From Octopus sinensis (Eukaryota): 64,000 bases of DNA. Where the stretch lies: positions 28,148,001-28,212,000 of the forward strand of contig NC_043008.1 in assembly GCF_006345805.1 (NCBI RefSeq), given 5' to 3'. The notes under the pieces were generated by a model that was not told the DNA's origin, made no database searches, and was given only the letters and a program-made list of their open reading frames with translations. The position numbers and the translations under genes are program-made. How positions within the stretch are numbered: the stretch's first letter is position 1; the number at the start of each line of letters is the position of its first letter. Below are positions 51,189-64,000 of the stretch, in pieces.

Positions 51189-51576
51189 AACACAACGTTT
51201 CGGCTGATATACCAGTCTTGGGGAAATTTTGAACTTGGGTTCTCATTCCTAAGGTATTTCGCAATGCTGTTGTTGTTGTTGTTGTTATTCTTCTTCTTAT
51301 TATTATTATTATCATTATTATATTATTCTTATTATTACTGAGGTCACTGCCTGGAATCGAACTCGGAATCGTGGGGTTAGTAAATCGCGCTCTTAACCAC
51401 TACCCCATACGCCCACGATAATATAATAATGATAATAATAACAATAATAATAATAATAATAACAACAACAACAACAACAACAACAACATTGAAAAATACC
51501 TTAGGAATGAGAATCCAGGTTCGAAATTTCCCCAAGACACCTGCTAAAAGTTGGAAGTTATATCAACCGAACGATG
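51189..51576. mobile_element. Inverted-repeat element with hammerhead remnants and a central tRNA-like unit
   Basis: 52-bp arms 51215-51266 / 51487-51538 (5 mismatches), mirrored (TTG/TTA)n and (ATA/ACA)n, tRNA-like core at 51339-51417 (minus). Confidence 0.7.
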
Positions 51577-52989
51577 AAGATTAGAACAAATATCCGTCAA
51601 ATGCAAATATTGTAAATATTGTATATAATTGCCCATCTCTTAAATATAAAACTGAAATAAAACGAGGTCACGCCGGCAGTTTGATGTCGGTGATTCACTA
51701 GAATATTTGAAACATAATCTTTATCAAAAATTAGTGCTAGTATTTAGCATTTTCATGCCAAATATAGAAATACTTTGGTCTATTGAATTTTATCAGCATA
51801 TTGTTGAATAACGAAGCTCATCTAATCAACTGGGAAGCCTTTTCCGTAAAGGAAAATGGAAAAATGTAACGAATTATATATTTTATTTATTTATAATTTG
51901 CATAATTATGAGATAATGTATCTTGAGGGTAGTTAGCCTTAATTATGTTGGGTCATTAACCTCAATACTGAATATTGTACTAAAAATAAAGCAAAATAAT
52001 ATATTTTAATTCAATTAATTCGAAACACTTCTGTCTTGAAATTCCGATATGAGATTTATTAAATGCTTGTCATAATTCTTTCTGTGTAGCTAATCAGTTT
52101 CGCCCGCTGATCCGTTAGGTCGATAAGACTTCACTATGCAAAGGACGTCTAATTGTCTGAGTGGCAAATTTCAATTAATGATGAGTGTCTGTGTACAGCA
52201 TTGTATCCAGGAGTCCTTAACCGGAAACATTTTATTGAGCATTCTTGGAATATTGTAGAGTATATTTGTCAGGAAGATATACTTGATGTGTAATTAAAAG
52301 ATTCGTTTATAGTACAAGTAGCTGAAGCCGGTACAAGCATGAAAAACTTCAAGTGCTAGTGTGAGCTGAACTAGTGCTACATATCAATGGCGAAGAGAGA
52401 AAGGAAATAATTACTTTTGAAATAAATATATTCAACAAGTGTTATAATATATCAGCTAATAATTGTGGAGAATAGAAAAATCTTTTTAGGAAATGTACAC
52501 ACAACTATTTTATGTTAGATACACGAGGAAAAGGAAAGAAAATAAAAAAGATGAAAGAATGAAGGCAAGAAAGAAAGAATGTAAGGAAAAGTAAGGCAGA
52601 AAGAAATAAAGGAAGAAAGGAAGGAAGGAAGAAAGAAGGAATGATAGATAGATTGATAGATAGATAGATGGATAGATAGAGAGAAGAAACAAAACAAAAT
52701 ACACCACTTGATGCATAAGTATCATAGAACTACAAATTTCGAAACATGCTTAGAAAACGATCCTGAAAATTGCTACAATATTCCTAAATTCTTTTCTTTC
52801 TATCTTTAATAGTTTCATCGTGACATAATTTCATTATATTGAAGTTGCAATGTTAGGGAGTGAAATTGCAAATAACAAAAATTGTATTAATATTTGATGC
52901 AACCTCCACATTTATAGTATTCTAATTTAGCAGTAACAGGTATGTAAATGTAATTCTACTACCTAGTAGTTAAATAATATATATTTTAA

Positions 52990-54410
52990 ATTTTGGCACA
53001 AGGCCAGCATGTTCTAGGTATTTGTTTATTCAATAATATCGATCCCAGTAATCAACTGGTAATCACTTTGTCGACCTGGAAGGAATGAAAGACAAAGTCA
53101 AGCCCGGCGGAATGTACGAGGGACGTTCAATAAGTAATGCCTCTGACCCGCTTGCAGTTGATTGACCTAAATGAAATTTTGCATGTGCGATCGTTTATAT
53201 CTCTATAAATTAAGTGGCAAATTACAGCTCTGAATTAATTGTGGTTTCTTATTTACAGGTGTTTGAACCGAGTCAAGTGTGAAATGGAGCCTGTTGAGTG
53301 TCGAGCAGTGATCCGGTTTTTGTATTTGAAAGGACGCACACCACGGGAGACTTTTGATGAAATGAAAGTAACTTATGGTGATGATGCCCCATCATATGAT
53401 CTTGTAAAACGCTGGCATCGTGAATTCAAACATGGTCGGAACTCTGTGGAAACAGCTCCCAGATCTGGTCGCCCCCCTTCTACCCTTGATGGGGCATCTG
53501 TCCGTCAAGTTGAGGCTGCCATTTTGGAAGAACGACGCATAATTATTCGCCAAATAGCCCATGAGGTCATGACCATTTGTATATGCAAAACGTGTCTGCC
53601 AGATGGATTCCCAGGTTGCTCACGCCTTTCCAGAAGCAAGAAGGCGTCGAGTGCTCGAGGATGAATCTAGAGATGTGCCAAGAAGATGAGTCAAAATGTT
53701 TCAAAGACTGATTACACAGGATGAAACCTGGGTCCATCACGATGATCCAGAGACCAAAGCCCAGTAAATGCAGTGGAAGCACCGTGACTCACCCCCTCCA
53801 AAGAAGGCAAGGGTGCAGCCCTCCGCTGGCAAGGTCATGCTCACAGTCTTCTGGGACCAGGACGGAGTAGTGTTGACAGATTTCCTGGCAAAGGGTACCA
53901 CAATTACAGGACCCTATTATGCTTCACTTTTGAGGAAATTAAGAGAAGTTATCAAAATCAAGAGGCGGGGCAAGATCAGCAAAGGCATCCTCCTCCTGCA
54001 GGTCCACAACTCGCTTGTCGCCAGATCAGAAGCACAGGCGTATGGCTATGAACCCCTCCCCATCTCCCCTACTCTCCTGACCTTGCACCCTCTGATTTTC
54101 ACCTCTTCCCAGTCATGAAGTTGTTTTTGAAAGGAAAGCGTTTCCCAGATGATGCAGCCTTGATTTCTGAAGTCACGTTGAGGTTGGAGGACAAGGCTGG
54201 GTTCTTCTACAAAAATGGTCTCCAGATCCGCATCAAACGATGGGAGAAATGCGTAACTCTGGGTGGTTCCTATGTAGAAAAAGACTAATAGCTGTGCCAA
54301 GTTTCGTTGCTCTACTGCTATGGGAAGTGGGTCAGGGGCATTACTTATTGAACGCCCCTCGTATAATCAGAGCTTAAAGACAGACGAAAAGTATTTGGCT
54401 CTGCCAGTTC
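52990..54410 (-). mobile_element. OR-like SINE interrupted by mariner copy 2 (pieces 52990-53114 and 54364-54410)
   Basis: ...aaagtcaagcccggcggaat before the mariner resumes as ..tcagagcttaaagacagacgaaa after it. Confidence 0.7.
53117..54361 (+). mobile_element. Mariner (Himar1/irritans-like) copy 2, both TIRs and TA target duplication; transposase pseudogene
   Basis: TA-CGAGGGACGTTCAATAAGTAATGCC ... GGCATTACTTATTGAACGCCCCTCG-TA. ATG at 53284. An internal deletion near 53568, a stop near 53764 and loss of DNAP disable it. Confidence 0.97.
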
Positions 54411-55420
54411 TCTACCATTTGTTAGTTATAATATTATAGCCAGTTTTCGGCATTTCGCATATTCTCTGATAGTTTTTTCACACTGAAGAATACTGTGATG
54501 TGAGAGAATATACGCGAGGTTTGACAGAACTGAAGCCAAATTGAAGAGTCAGCGACATCAACAATATCAATGTGTATGTGGCCATCTTATAGGATAAAGG
54601 AGCATCCGAAGTAACTCATATTTTCTAAGGTACATATCCACTGAGTATACAGTGGCCTAGGTACACATGTATGGGATATTTGATTTTAGAAAATTTGTCC
54701 TGGAATAGAGAATTGCAAAGGATTACTTTGGGGCAATGGCAAAAACGACTGTCATTACTGGGTTGAAGTTCCACGCGCAACTTTCACATTTTTGTAAATC
54801 CAGAAGTGTTTTCAATCGAATATTAATATGCTATTAGTTCATATTTCGGTGCATATTAACCATGCGATTCAAACAGACATATGGCACTAAATCCTCGATT
54901 TCATCAGTTGTCAGCTCTATTTGGCCATGAGGTAGTTTCAGACATGTATTTTCTGAAATTTTGTGGCCAACTGTTGAGCTATGGGTGTCCAGCTCTCATC
55001 ATAATTTACAACTGATCTCTTTTTTCGGAAACGTAGATATCACCTGCGAGTTGAAGGTGTGTTAGAGGGAGTAGTAACTTGAAATTAACATCCATGCCCC
55101 CTCTGTTCCTACAATGTCTCTGATGACCATATCTAGATGTACAAATGCCTGCACATGTTTTCACTCACATGTACGCACATTCAGACACATTCAAACACAT
55201 TCAGAAACGTACATACACATAGTCGTTCACGTACCATTTTGTCACATTCACAAATAAAAGCATACCCACATTACGCATACTTGATACACACAGCACTTTC
55301 ACATGTCCCCTTTCCTACGCTTATACAAGCTCATATATAACCACAAACAGGCATATGTACAACACTGATACCAATTTCATCCCCTCCACACATACACACA
55401 AACACGCTCGTTAGTATATC

Positions 55421-55650
55421 GGCGAGCTGGCAGGATCGTTAGCACTCCGGGCGAAATGCTTAGCAGTATTTCGTCTGCCGCTACGTTCTGAGTTCAAATT
55501 CCACCGAGGTCGACTTTGCCTTTCATCCTTTCGGGGTCGATTAAATAAGTACCAGTTACGCACTGGGGTCGATATAATCGACTTAATCCGTTTTTCTGTC
55601 CTTGTTCGTCCCCTCTGTGTTTAGCCCCTTGTGGGTGGTAAAGAAATAAG
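55421..55650 (+). mobile_element. OR-like tRNA SINE, full length
   Basis: A-box-like TGGCAGGATCGTTAG, B-box-like GTTCAAATTCC; second copy at 40520-40748. Confidence 0.88.
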
Positions 55651-58600
55651 TATTGCTACACTACACCCACGAATGAAGGATGTGTTGCAAGGCGGTGAAT
55701 TGCTTTAAAGTCCTGCTTCACCTTCTGCTGAGCAACATCTCGTGACAAGACACAAATATACTTCACAACAGTGCAGATTTAAGTAAGGATACAGCGATTT
55801 TGTTTCAGATATCTAAGTCAACATCAAATTTCTTATTGAAAATATCAATCTCTTTGCATTAAATACACATTTTTTAAAGCTTTGTGCCAGCTTTAAATGC
55901 TCACAAACAAGTGATAAAGAACAAGTCCAAACCAAGACATTATTGACGCAGATTTCAACCAATTCAACCGAATTTCGCCAGCGTAATGTGATTAGCTTCG
56001 TCCTTTGCATTGCTCTCCATCCATTAAACCATATATTAGTTTTAGCCACGGGAAATTTTTACGTATGTTGAGCTTCTAGTGGTAAATGCCATGTATGATC
56101 TGTTTGAAATTGTTGGCATTTTCTTCCAGTGTCTGGCATAAAACATTAATTATCCCCTCAAGACATTATATTCATATTCCACACAATTGTGCACGTGGTG
56201 TAACCAAGGATTATTGCATTTCAAGTAAGTGTATTGCCGTGGCTTCTTGTTTTGCGCACTGCTTTTCTTTCCTTCTATTGCAATTTGTCTGTAGTAAATC
56301 TATTTCATAACACCTCTATCAACTAATATATTCTAATGATGAATATACCGCTTTATCCCTATGTGTAGGAAATTTTTTCCAACATAATTACCTAAGTAAA
56401 CTTTTCTCAAATACTGTTTGTGATATGAAGCAGGCTTAACTAATAAATATAGCAGCTGTAAATACTATATAGTTGTCATTCTGTTCAACTATACAAATAA
56501 GCTATGACAGTAGACTATGATTGCAAATATTCTAACATGTCATGTGATAACGTAGCTACGTGCACATTAACCAACATAAAATATTGAGAGCATGTAATGA
56601 TTTGAAAAAACGTATATTTGAGTGTTAGCTACATTATGCGGATGAATATGCACTTAAGCGCGCGTGCGCTTGGGCAATATATGTATTGTTTGAATGCATG
56701 TATTGGCTAAATATATGTATCGGTTGAAAACAGTTTGACCACATTTCAACTCTAATTTAAAAAGCTATTATATTTATGCTTTTCTTTCTTACTATCAAAC
56801 GGATGCCTTTCTAAGAAGATAGATTGTACTGCGATGAGTCATCCTGAAAATATTCTGTTTGAAATAGCATCTCAGGAGAATCCAGCTGCGTTGCTTACGC
56901 GCGTGCACACACACACACACATACACACACATGCACACGCTCATGCACACTCATACACACATACACACTCACTCACACGTACACACTCTCAAACACAGAC
57001 GCACACAGAAGTGAAAACCGCAAGCTCTATTTTAAAGTCAGTATTGCTATAATTCATCATTACATTGGAATTGGAATTTTTCTATCTATTCAATGGTTGC
57101 AAGTCACTTATACTTCCAGTTATGCAGTGTGACTTATACTTTCGATGCAAAACACTAGGCACTTCTCATTTCGTCTAATGACGAAATTATTGGTGTAATA
57201 CTTTGATTATGTCACTCAAATCGCGTACGCAATATCAATGCTTAGCGTTTCCCACGATTAGGACAATATTATAGATACGGTGTCCCATGCTACCGGTGCT
57301 TCTTTTCAATCAACTATCTATCATTTTTCTAGTTTTACGAAGAAATATATAAATACTGATACAAGTAATACTTATAAATTAGTTCGGATGAGACTTAGAA
57401 GAGATATAAGTGAGAAGAAAAAATTGATTTATATTTGAATTGATTTCATTGAAAAAGTTGACAGGTGCCACAATTTATAAAACTAATTTTTCTATGTAGT
57501 TCAAAAGGATACAATTTGAACAGTCAAAACGTTTCTCATTATGGAGATATGCTGTTACATACACTTGTATATGTAATATCTAATGCTTGTGTAACTATAT
57601 TGTGTTTTGATAAACAACGTTCATCTGTTTAATTCACAAGCTTCATTCGTGTAAAGAGCTAGCGCTTTCTATTCTTGCCCCTCTTGATTATTTTCTAGAA
57701 ATATAAAAATCTCGCTTTCCATATATGTGTTTGGCATGAAATACAATTTTTGAATACTTCTTCTTACAAATTATGTTAAGGTATCCATTGAATAAAATCA
57801 TCAACGTACACATAACATATGCAAAACAATATAGTAATTTCAGCCATGCTCAGGTGTGAAGTTATAAGCTATGAGCGTAGTGTGGTTTCAGTGGTAACAC
57901 TCCCACAGAGTAGTGAAAACTGTTTGAAATCTTGTTCAATACACACACACACACGCGCACATACCCCCGTGTGCAAGTATATATAATGTATATTTGCTTT
58001 GAAATTATTTTAATAACTGTATCTGATAACGCTTTATTCAAACTGACCTTCACATGTAGTATTACGTCTAAGACAGTCGAAAGTTACAAACGCAATGAAG
58101 CTATTCAAAATCTCGAAGAATTACTTCAGATCGGTTGTCAAAGTAATTTCTGAAAGATTTTTGTGGGTGGGGGGGGGTGATTAACATCCACCTGAGGGAA
58201 TACTATAATTGAGCTAGATTCTAACATTGCAGCATTTACTATAGCTTATTAAAAGACGTCTTCCACAATTCATACCGTCTTCAGCCACTACATAAAATTT
58301 TGAGCAAATCCAATTCTCTGAGCTTTAAGTTCATATATTCCGATAAGTGAAATATAGAAATGTACGTTCGCTAATGATAAAGATAGTTCCTAACTGAATC
58401 TTTTATAGCTTCAGTATAAACACAACCTCGTTGTTTGTATTCATTTCAAACCGTCGTATAAGTATAGTCGCAATATCAACGCTGATGCTTTCAGCTTCAA
58501 GATTGAAAATATTGAACAGCAACTTAACACAGTCAAAAGCAACAAGACTTGTACCATCGCTATTGATACACTGTTTACATATACCTTTGCTACAGAACTA

Positions 58601-59726
58601 CGTATTACGGGCGTGTGATTGTCGTGCTTCCAACAATTCAGCTTCTAATCCTCGGAGACAAGTTTATTTTTACTCAAAATTTCAAAAGAACGACTTAGAC
58701 TCAACACTGACGCCATTATCTGCGAAACATTCATTGAAATGGTTATCGGCTACAGAAGACTTATTTCCTTTACTTCTATCAACATTCTTTCTGCTCATTC
58801 TTATTTATTCCTAATCGTCTTCTCTGCATTCTCATTTTCATCGTCCTCGCGTTTTTAATTTTCTTCAATTTTTCCTGCATTTTCATTTTTATCCACTTCT
58901 GTTCTTCATCCCGCTACTTATCTGTCTTTAACTGTTTGTTTTTTTCACAAACACTCTTTCAACTTGAGATAGAATTATGCACCTCTCCACAATACTTGTC
59001 ATAATTAAAATTAACTTTCTATACCTAAACCTGCATGTAACGGAGTCTAAGTGTACAGGTCTCTCAACACAATCTCATATTGGGCTTTTTAGGTGAAAAA
59101 ATTTACTTGACTTCCTAAGGAAAACCTCTTCCCGTAAGGCAACCATCAACCTATACCAAACATTTTTATCTTATAAAATAAAATGGGTAGCAATAATATA
59201 GCCCTTACAAAAAGTATTGCTAAAATTACTCATCTAACCATTATGTGGACAAGATATTGGGATAATGTGTTTTCCTTCAGAAAATTTAAGAAAGCAATTA
59301 ACCTCTCTGAATAAATCAAATTATACAGAGTAAAATCTGACACTCCTAAAACCAGACTCATCTTCAATGAATTTATTTGCAGAAATGGCACATTATTGTC
59401 TATTGATCAAGTCCCTTTCCCATTCTCATTCCAATTGTAAAAATGTATAAATCTTTTTTCCAGTTTTCTGTTTGTGAAATCATTACTGCAAAGCATGTCT
59501 AACAGAGGAAAATACCTGATGAAAAAGAACAATAAATAATTATGCGATTAGTAGTCTTCTGAAATACGTGTAGTACATGACTCTCATTTCCATTCTTTTC
59601 ATCCACAAGTTTATATACAATTTGGCATTCATATACATACAAACTAATATATATAGATGCATAGATACATCTCCATGTAAACATATACCTAATACATACA
59701 TAAATTATATATATGTATATATATGT

Positions 59727-62700
59727 AGTATATTTGCCACTTAAATGTGGCTAACACTTAAGGGTTGATGCTACTGTAGCTTGTAGCCTGAGGAAGACAT
59801 CTCCACCAGCTGGCTATTGACACACTTTCTGTGCCCTATCAGTATTTGCAAAGGTAAGTGATCATTCGAATCCCCAGCCTGATATGATACACACAGATCA
59901 GGATTTCTGAGTAATGACGAGTCACCAGCGTGTGACCACCACCGGTTGGCGTTATATTTCTTTATTAAGATGATAATATCTGACACAGATCGGACCAACA
60001 AGACAGAACAAGCAGACAAATATTACAGTGAGTTCCGATGAAACTTTAAAATTCTGATGATTATATACTATAATATATTCTGAACATTTTATTGCTTGGC
60101 TGAAGGATTCACTCTGATGAGCGTAAATCCCAGCGATTATGCCTTTATATTTCTCCATGTAGATTAACCGTTTCACTTATACCCACCTTCCTTACCACAT
60201 CCTTCCATCTTTTCTCGAACACACCTCGCGAGAGTCGTCTCCTCCCCACCCCATGGTGGAACTTCAGATGATATCTGAAATAAGTGAGCAATCCTGGGCT
60301 ACAGATGAAGGTTCCCATCAGATTCCGTTTTTTAATAAAACCAGGTTTAAACCTCTCTAAGGAGACTGGTCGTGAAAAAAATTCTTCCACCAGCGAATTC
60401 CACACCTTATCACCTTCCTGTTAACACCAGAGATGGCTCAGCCTTAATGCATGTCTGCGCATCATAAGCCAGGGCATCCCTGGCAGTAGACGGAGAACCT
60501 TACAAGTGGCCTTCTTCCCTTCCACAAAAAGCGGAGAAGGAGGCACTCCAACGTGTTTAGCAAGAGTTGGGGCAAGAGATAACGGTGAGGCGGTAGGTGA
60601 TTATAGATGCGATAAACACCTCCACCCTTCCTTTCAGGGATAGAGCCCGCTCGGACCAAATCCGAACTTGAGCTTCCGCCCTGTATGCCACCTCGCTCCA
60701 ATTCTTCTCCGTTTGAAAGTCCGGTCAAAACCAAACACCAAGCAACTTAACAAGGCCATCTGTCCAGTAACCCGCGACGCTGGAAAATACCGGTTTGCTC
60801 CTCCAGGTTCCGAGGCGCAAGCCGATGGACTTGTCCTTGTTCACTTTTGTTCCTACAACCGACTCGTATAATTTGATAGCGTCTTCTACACAAGGTAGCT
60901 CAGCCTCATTGGACATGATGATGGTGACGTCATCTGCAAAAGCAGAGGCCGACTTATCGCATTCTATTTCAATGGGGGTGCGTCCCAAATTCTTCAACTT
61001 TCACAGAAATGGCTCAAAAGCCAAAACAAATAGAAGGGGGATAGAGGACACCCTTGATCGAAAACGGCTACGACAGGTAGCCGTTTATCTGAATGGTGGA
61101 TTGGATGTTGCTATACATTGTGGAGATCCACCTACAGAAGTCAGGCGCAGCCCAGCCGCTTCGAGAACCGCCGCCAGGTACTGGTGGTCTACCAAACGCT
61201 TCACTTTGGTCTAAATGGAACAGTGCCCCACCTTTGCCGGTTAATTTACCAACCCTACCTAAGGTGTAGTGTATAAGGTGACAATTGTCCTGGATCTACT
61301 TGCACGGAATGGCGCATGTCTGCACCTTCCGTACAAGCTTCTCCACAACACGCGTCACCATTTTTGCTAACATTTTGACCAACATTTTTAACTCTACCAT
61401 TTCTCGACTCACAAGGCAGGGAATCCTCCCATTCTGTTGCCAATTTGTGTAGATGCCCGCTAGCAGGTCTCCTAAGAAATCCGGCATGCTACGATAAAAC
61501 TCATAGGGGAGACCATCCAGCCCCGGCGAATTATCTCCGGCGCACTCAGCCAAAACCTCTTTGACCTCCACAAGTGTAATCGGTCCTTCACTGCATTCAA
61601 CCTCACATGCCGGCGAGGAAGTCCTTTAAGGGCTCCTCACTCTCAAGCGAGTCGACCTGTCCGAACAAGACGGCGAAATGCTGGTGAAAGGCCTTTTGTA
61701 TTTTTTCTGTTCATAGATCTTACACTCTTGCTCCTCAGTTAAAGACTTAGTGACTTTTTTGCTCCTCTGACAATCCACACGACGAGCCCGCCCGGCAACG
61801 TTAGTATCTTCTCGGCCCACTGCATGTAACTTACATACAACTCTGCATTCTTCGCGCTCGGCTTTGAGGTGACGGTACAAGACCGTTCTCGCCGCCAGCA
61901 ATCTCTCTGCAGAGCCAGATTCCAAAGCCTCGTCTAATTTCTTAACTAGTTCCTCTTCTATTCTAGATCTATCTGAACTTAGCTGGTTGTTAAATCTAGC
62001 AGACTCTAAACGAATGGCCAACTTGAGTGCGTGTAACCATCTATTATTAATGATGGCGCCACATAATGTCGTCTGTGCTAAACCCTTAATCCTGGTACGG
62101 AATGCTTAAGAAGTTCAAATAGATTTATTCATCTTCCAGAACCCGGGTCCTTGTCTATGGCATTTATATATATATGTACCTTACACGTCACAAACTTGTG
62201 TAAGGCACAATACAAAATTGTGGACAGCTAAAAGTATTCCTATCTCTTTCCCTAACGAATACTCGATGTAAGATCTGCGTGAGCCGTCGTTATTACTCCA
62301 CGTCCATTGTGGAACGATCGGCTCATCGGGTTTGTAACGGTCTACTAGATTATAGCACTCTAGTAGAAGAGGTGAGAACGCTTCTGGCTCACATATCTTG
62401 GACTCCGTGACATTGTAAACGTCTATATCATGTGACCTGAGGTCGTCCAGGAGACAACATTGCTTCCATTTCGACTCCAGCCCACGCATATTTATGCACC
62501 CTTACTTAATCGCCATGGCAGAAATAAAAGTTTACTTACATTTGAAACTTGGGGAGAGGCTGTGCCAATTCACCTACCTCCTCTTCCTTCCCTTTTGTTG
62601 GTGTAGCCACTGCGCTTTTTCTTGGTGTCACCGCAGGGCTAATTATAAATTTCGTGTTGGCCATTTCTGTGGTAAAATCCCGGATGTCGTCTGGGTATCA

Positions 62701-63560
62701 CCCTTTAAATTCCAAAAAACAGACGAACGTCCATCTTTGCATACCTGATGTTTGGGGGCGTTTGCGCTGTCCTTTTAAGCACACGCGTTTTATGATGCGC
62801 CCTTATTCTCGCGTTTAATGGTGTATTCGTCTCTAGATATGCGACGGTTTTTTTCTTGTTTTGGTGAGGGGTTTGGTGAAAAGTTCCACCATGGGTTTGG
62901 ATTGGGGAATTTTAATCTGTGTCTGTCGTGTTTTTTGTCACTTTGGTGTTTTGGGAGGTGAGTCCAGGACGAGTGTTTTTTGTGTTTGTTTGTTACTGTA
63001 GTGTCGTCCATTGCGTCATTCGTTTCTTTATTTTCTTCGTCTGCTTTTCCTTCTGTCGTATTCTCTGGCTTCTGTTGCTTTTCTGCACTCTCGCTTGTTC
63101 TCCTCTCCGCTTTCTTTTCAAGTTTTGGGGAGGAACCTCGTTCTCCGTTTTCTTTTTCGTACAGTTGGAGCGGACATGGCCCTACTCTCCACACTTGAAG
63201 CAATGGGACCTACGTCTCTCCACGGCTAGCTCCTTCCCTCATCGTTAGCTCCTTCCCTACAAACACTATATCTGGCAAATTCTCCAGGGTTTCGTTTCAG
63301 GTCTGTAAGAACATTTCTAACGTTTGGCCTTTCTAATTGTTACCGCTTCTTCGACGTCATAAATAACGGCTACCGCCACCCACATTACATCGTAGCCTGC
63401 CGAAATTTCGTCGATTACAACCTTCGCTGTTCTGCGGCGCAAGCACGTGGGTATCACATTTATTTAATAATTCTTGTTAGCCGTTTCGTACTATACTTCA
63501 ACAATAGCACTTCTTGTTCCACGGCTAACGTGGCATATTAAATTTCATATTGGTGTCAAA
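59727..63560 (-). mobile_element. L1/Tx1-like LINE, decayed (ORF1 zinc knuckle; ORF2 APE + RT)
   Basis: CFKCGE*GHVRSNC near 63165-63205. APE start MRGLESKWKQ..VTESK (62181..62489). SPGLDGLPYEFY (61296..61571). SAFADDVTI..VNKDKS..LLGVWF (60725..60997). The 3' end abuts a TA-rich tract; the 5' boundary is approximate. Confidence 0.9.
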
Positions 63561-64000
63561 CACCTCTCTATTATCTCATTTTTTGCGTCTTTAATTTTCT
63601 TCTCCTTTTAAGATGTATATTTTGTACACTACAGCACGTGCGTTTATCGCCTGTAGTGTTTCAGGGGGAGGCAAAAGTTTTATATTGCCATTACTTTTTT
63701 TAAGCTACACTGCGTAACTTGAACAACTGTCTCATTTTAATTTCTAGCTCTGTGACGTTGCCACTCACTGTATCTGACAAACTGTTTTCCTTCTCCTTTT
63801 GCGACTCATTTAGACTTGAATTTTCATTTCCTTTTCCCATCTTGGGAAAGTCTTTTTTTGGATTGAATATTGTATTCCATTACAACTTTTTACAACTTAG
63901 ATAAAAATGACAAAATTTTTGATAATACACAATCCGTCAACGAGTAAAAAATAATAAATATTTCACAAAATATTTTACACAGTTCCTCGGTATAATTTAC

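Noticed and set aside
51339-51417. Functional tRNA gene
   Set aside because: The acceptor stem and anticodon arm do not pair properly and it runs into (AAT)n; treated as a SINE-like head.
56086-56310. piggyBac-like Cys/His-rich C-terminus on minus (KKPRQYTYLKCNNPWLHHVHNC)
   Set aside because: The Cys spacing is incomplete, with no upstream DDD domain or TTAA-bounded TIRs visible.
58431-58814. 127-aa ORF, and the 113-aa ORF at 25760..26101
   Set aside because: No motifs, non-ATG start and composition like the background.
60113-60150. Other CUGAUGA/CUGAAGA hits (60113 +; 23836, 24490, 41341, 43853, 54902 -)
   Set aside because: No correctly placed helix II-GAAA-helix III-UH arrangement.

Overview
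AT-rich, microsatellite-saturated animal genomic DNA with no prokaryotic features. From my recall of the SINE consensus sequences it is most likely an octopus; that is inference, not a database result. Almost all ORF-track entries are low-complexity artefacts or retroelement/transposase fragments. The window is mostly intron-like sequence filled with mobile elements. (i) A 7-kb nest (3.8-11.0 kb) of R4/Dong-like (REL-endonuclease) non-LTR fragments from about four families, all on the minus strand and embedded in (TAA)n, plus a longer copy at 45.6-48.2 kb. (ii) Three mariner copies and a rosa/DD41D-like fragment. (iii) Penelope-like (GIY-YIG) fragments and LTR remnants. (iv) A decayed L1/Tx1-like LINE, an RTE fragment, tRNA-derived SINEs and Helitron-like non-autonomous elements. 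A chain of five small phase-compatible + strand exons (12-94 nt, 12.3-25.2 kb) suggests a host gene of unknown identity. The most notable structural signals are an intact type-I hammerhead ribozyme core (27337-27427, minus) sitting between perfect 97-bp inverted repeats, a 224-bp zero-spacer palindrome, the self-nesting (TAA)n landing pad with a non-coding passenger element, and a tRNA-like core flanked by inverted repeats carrying hammerhead remnants. Most element boundaries are approximate (read by eye).
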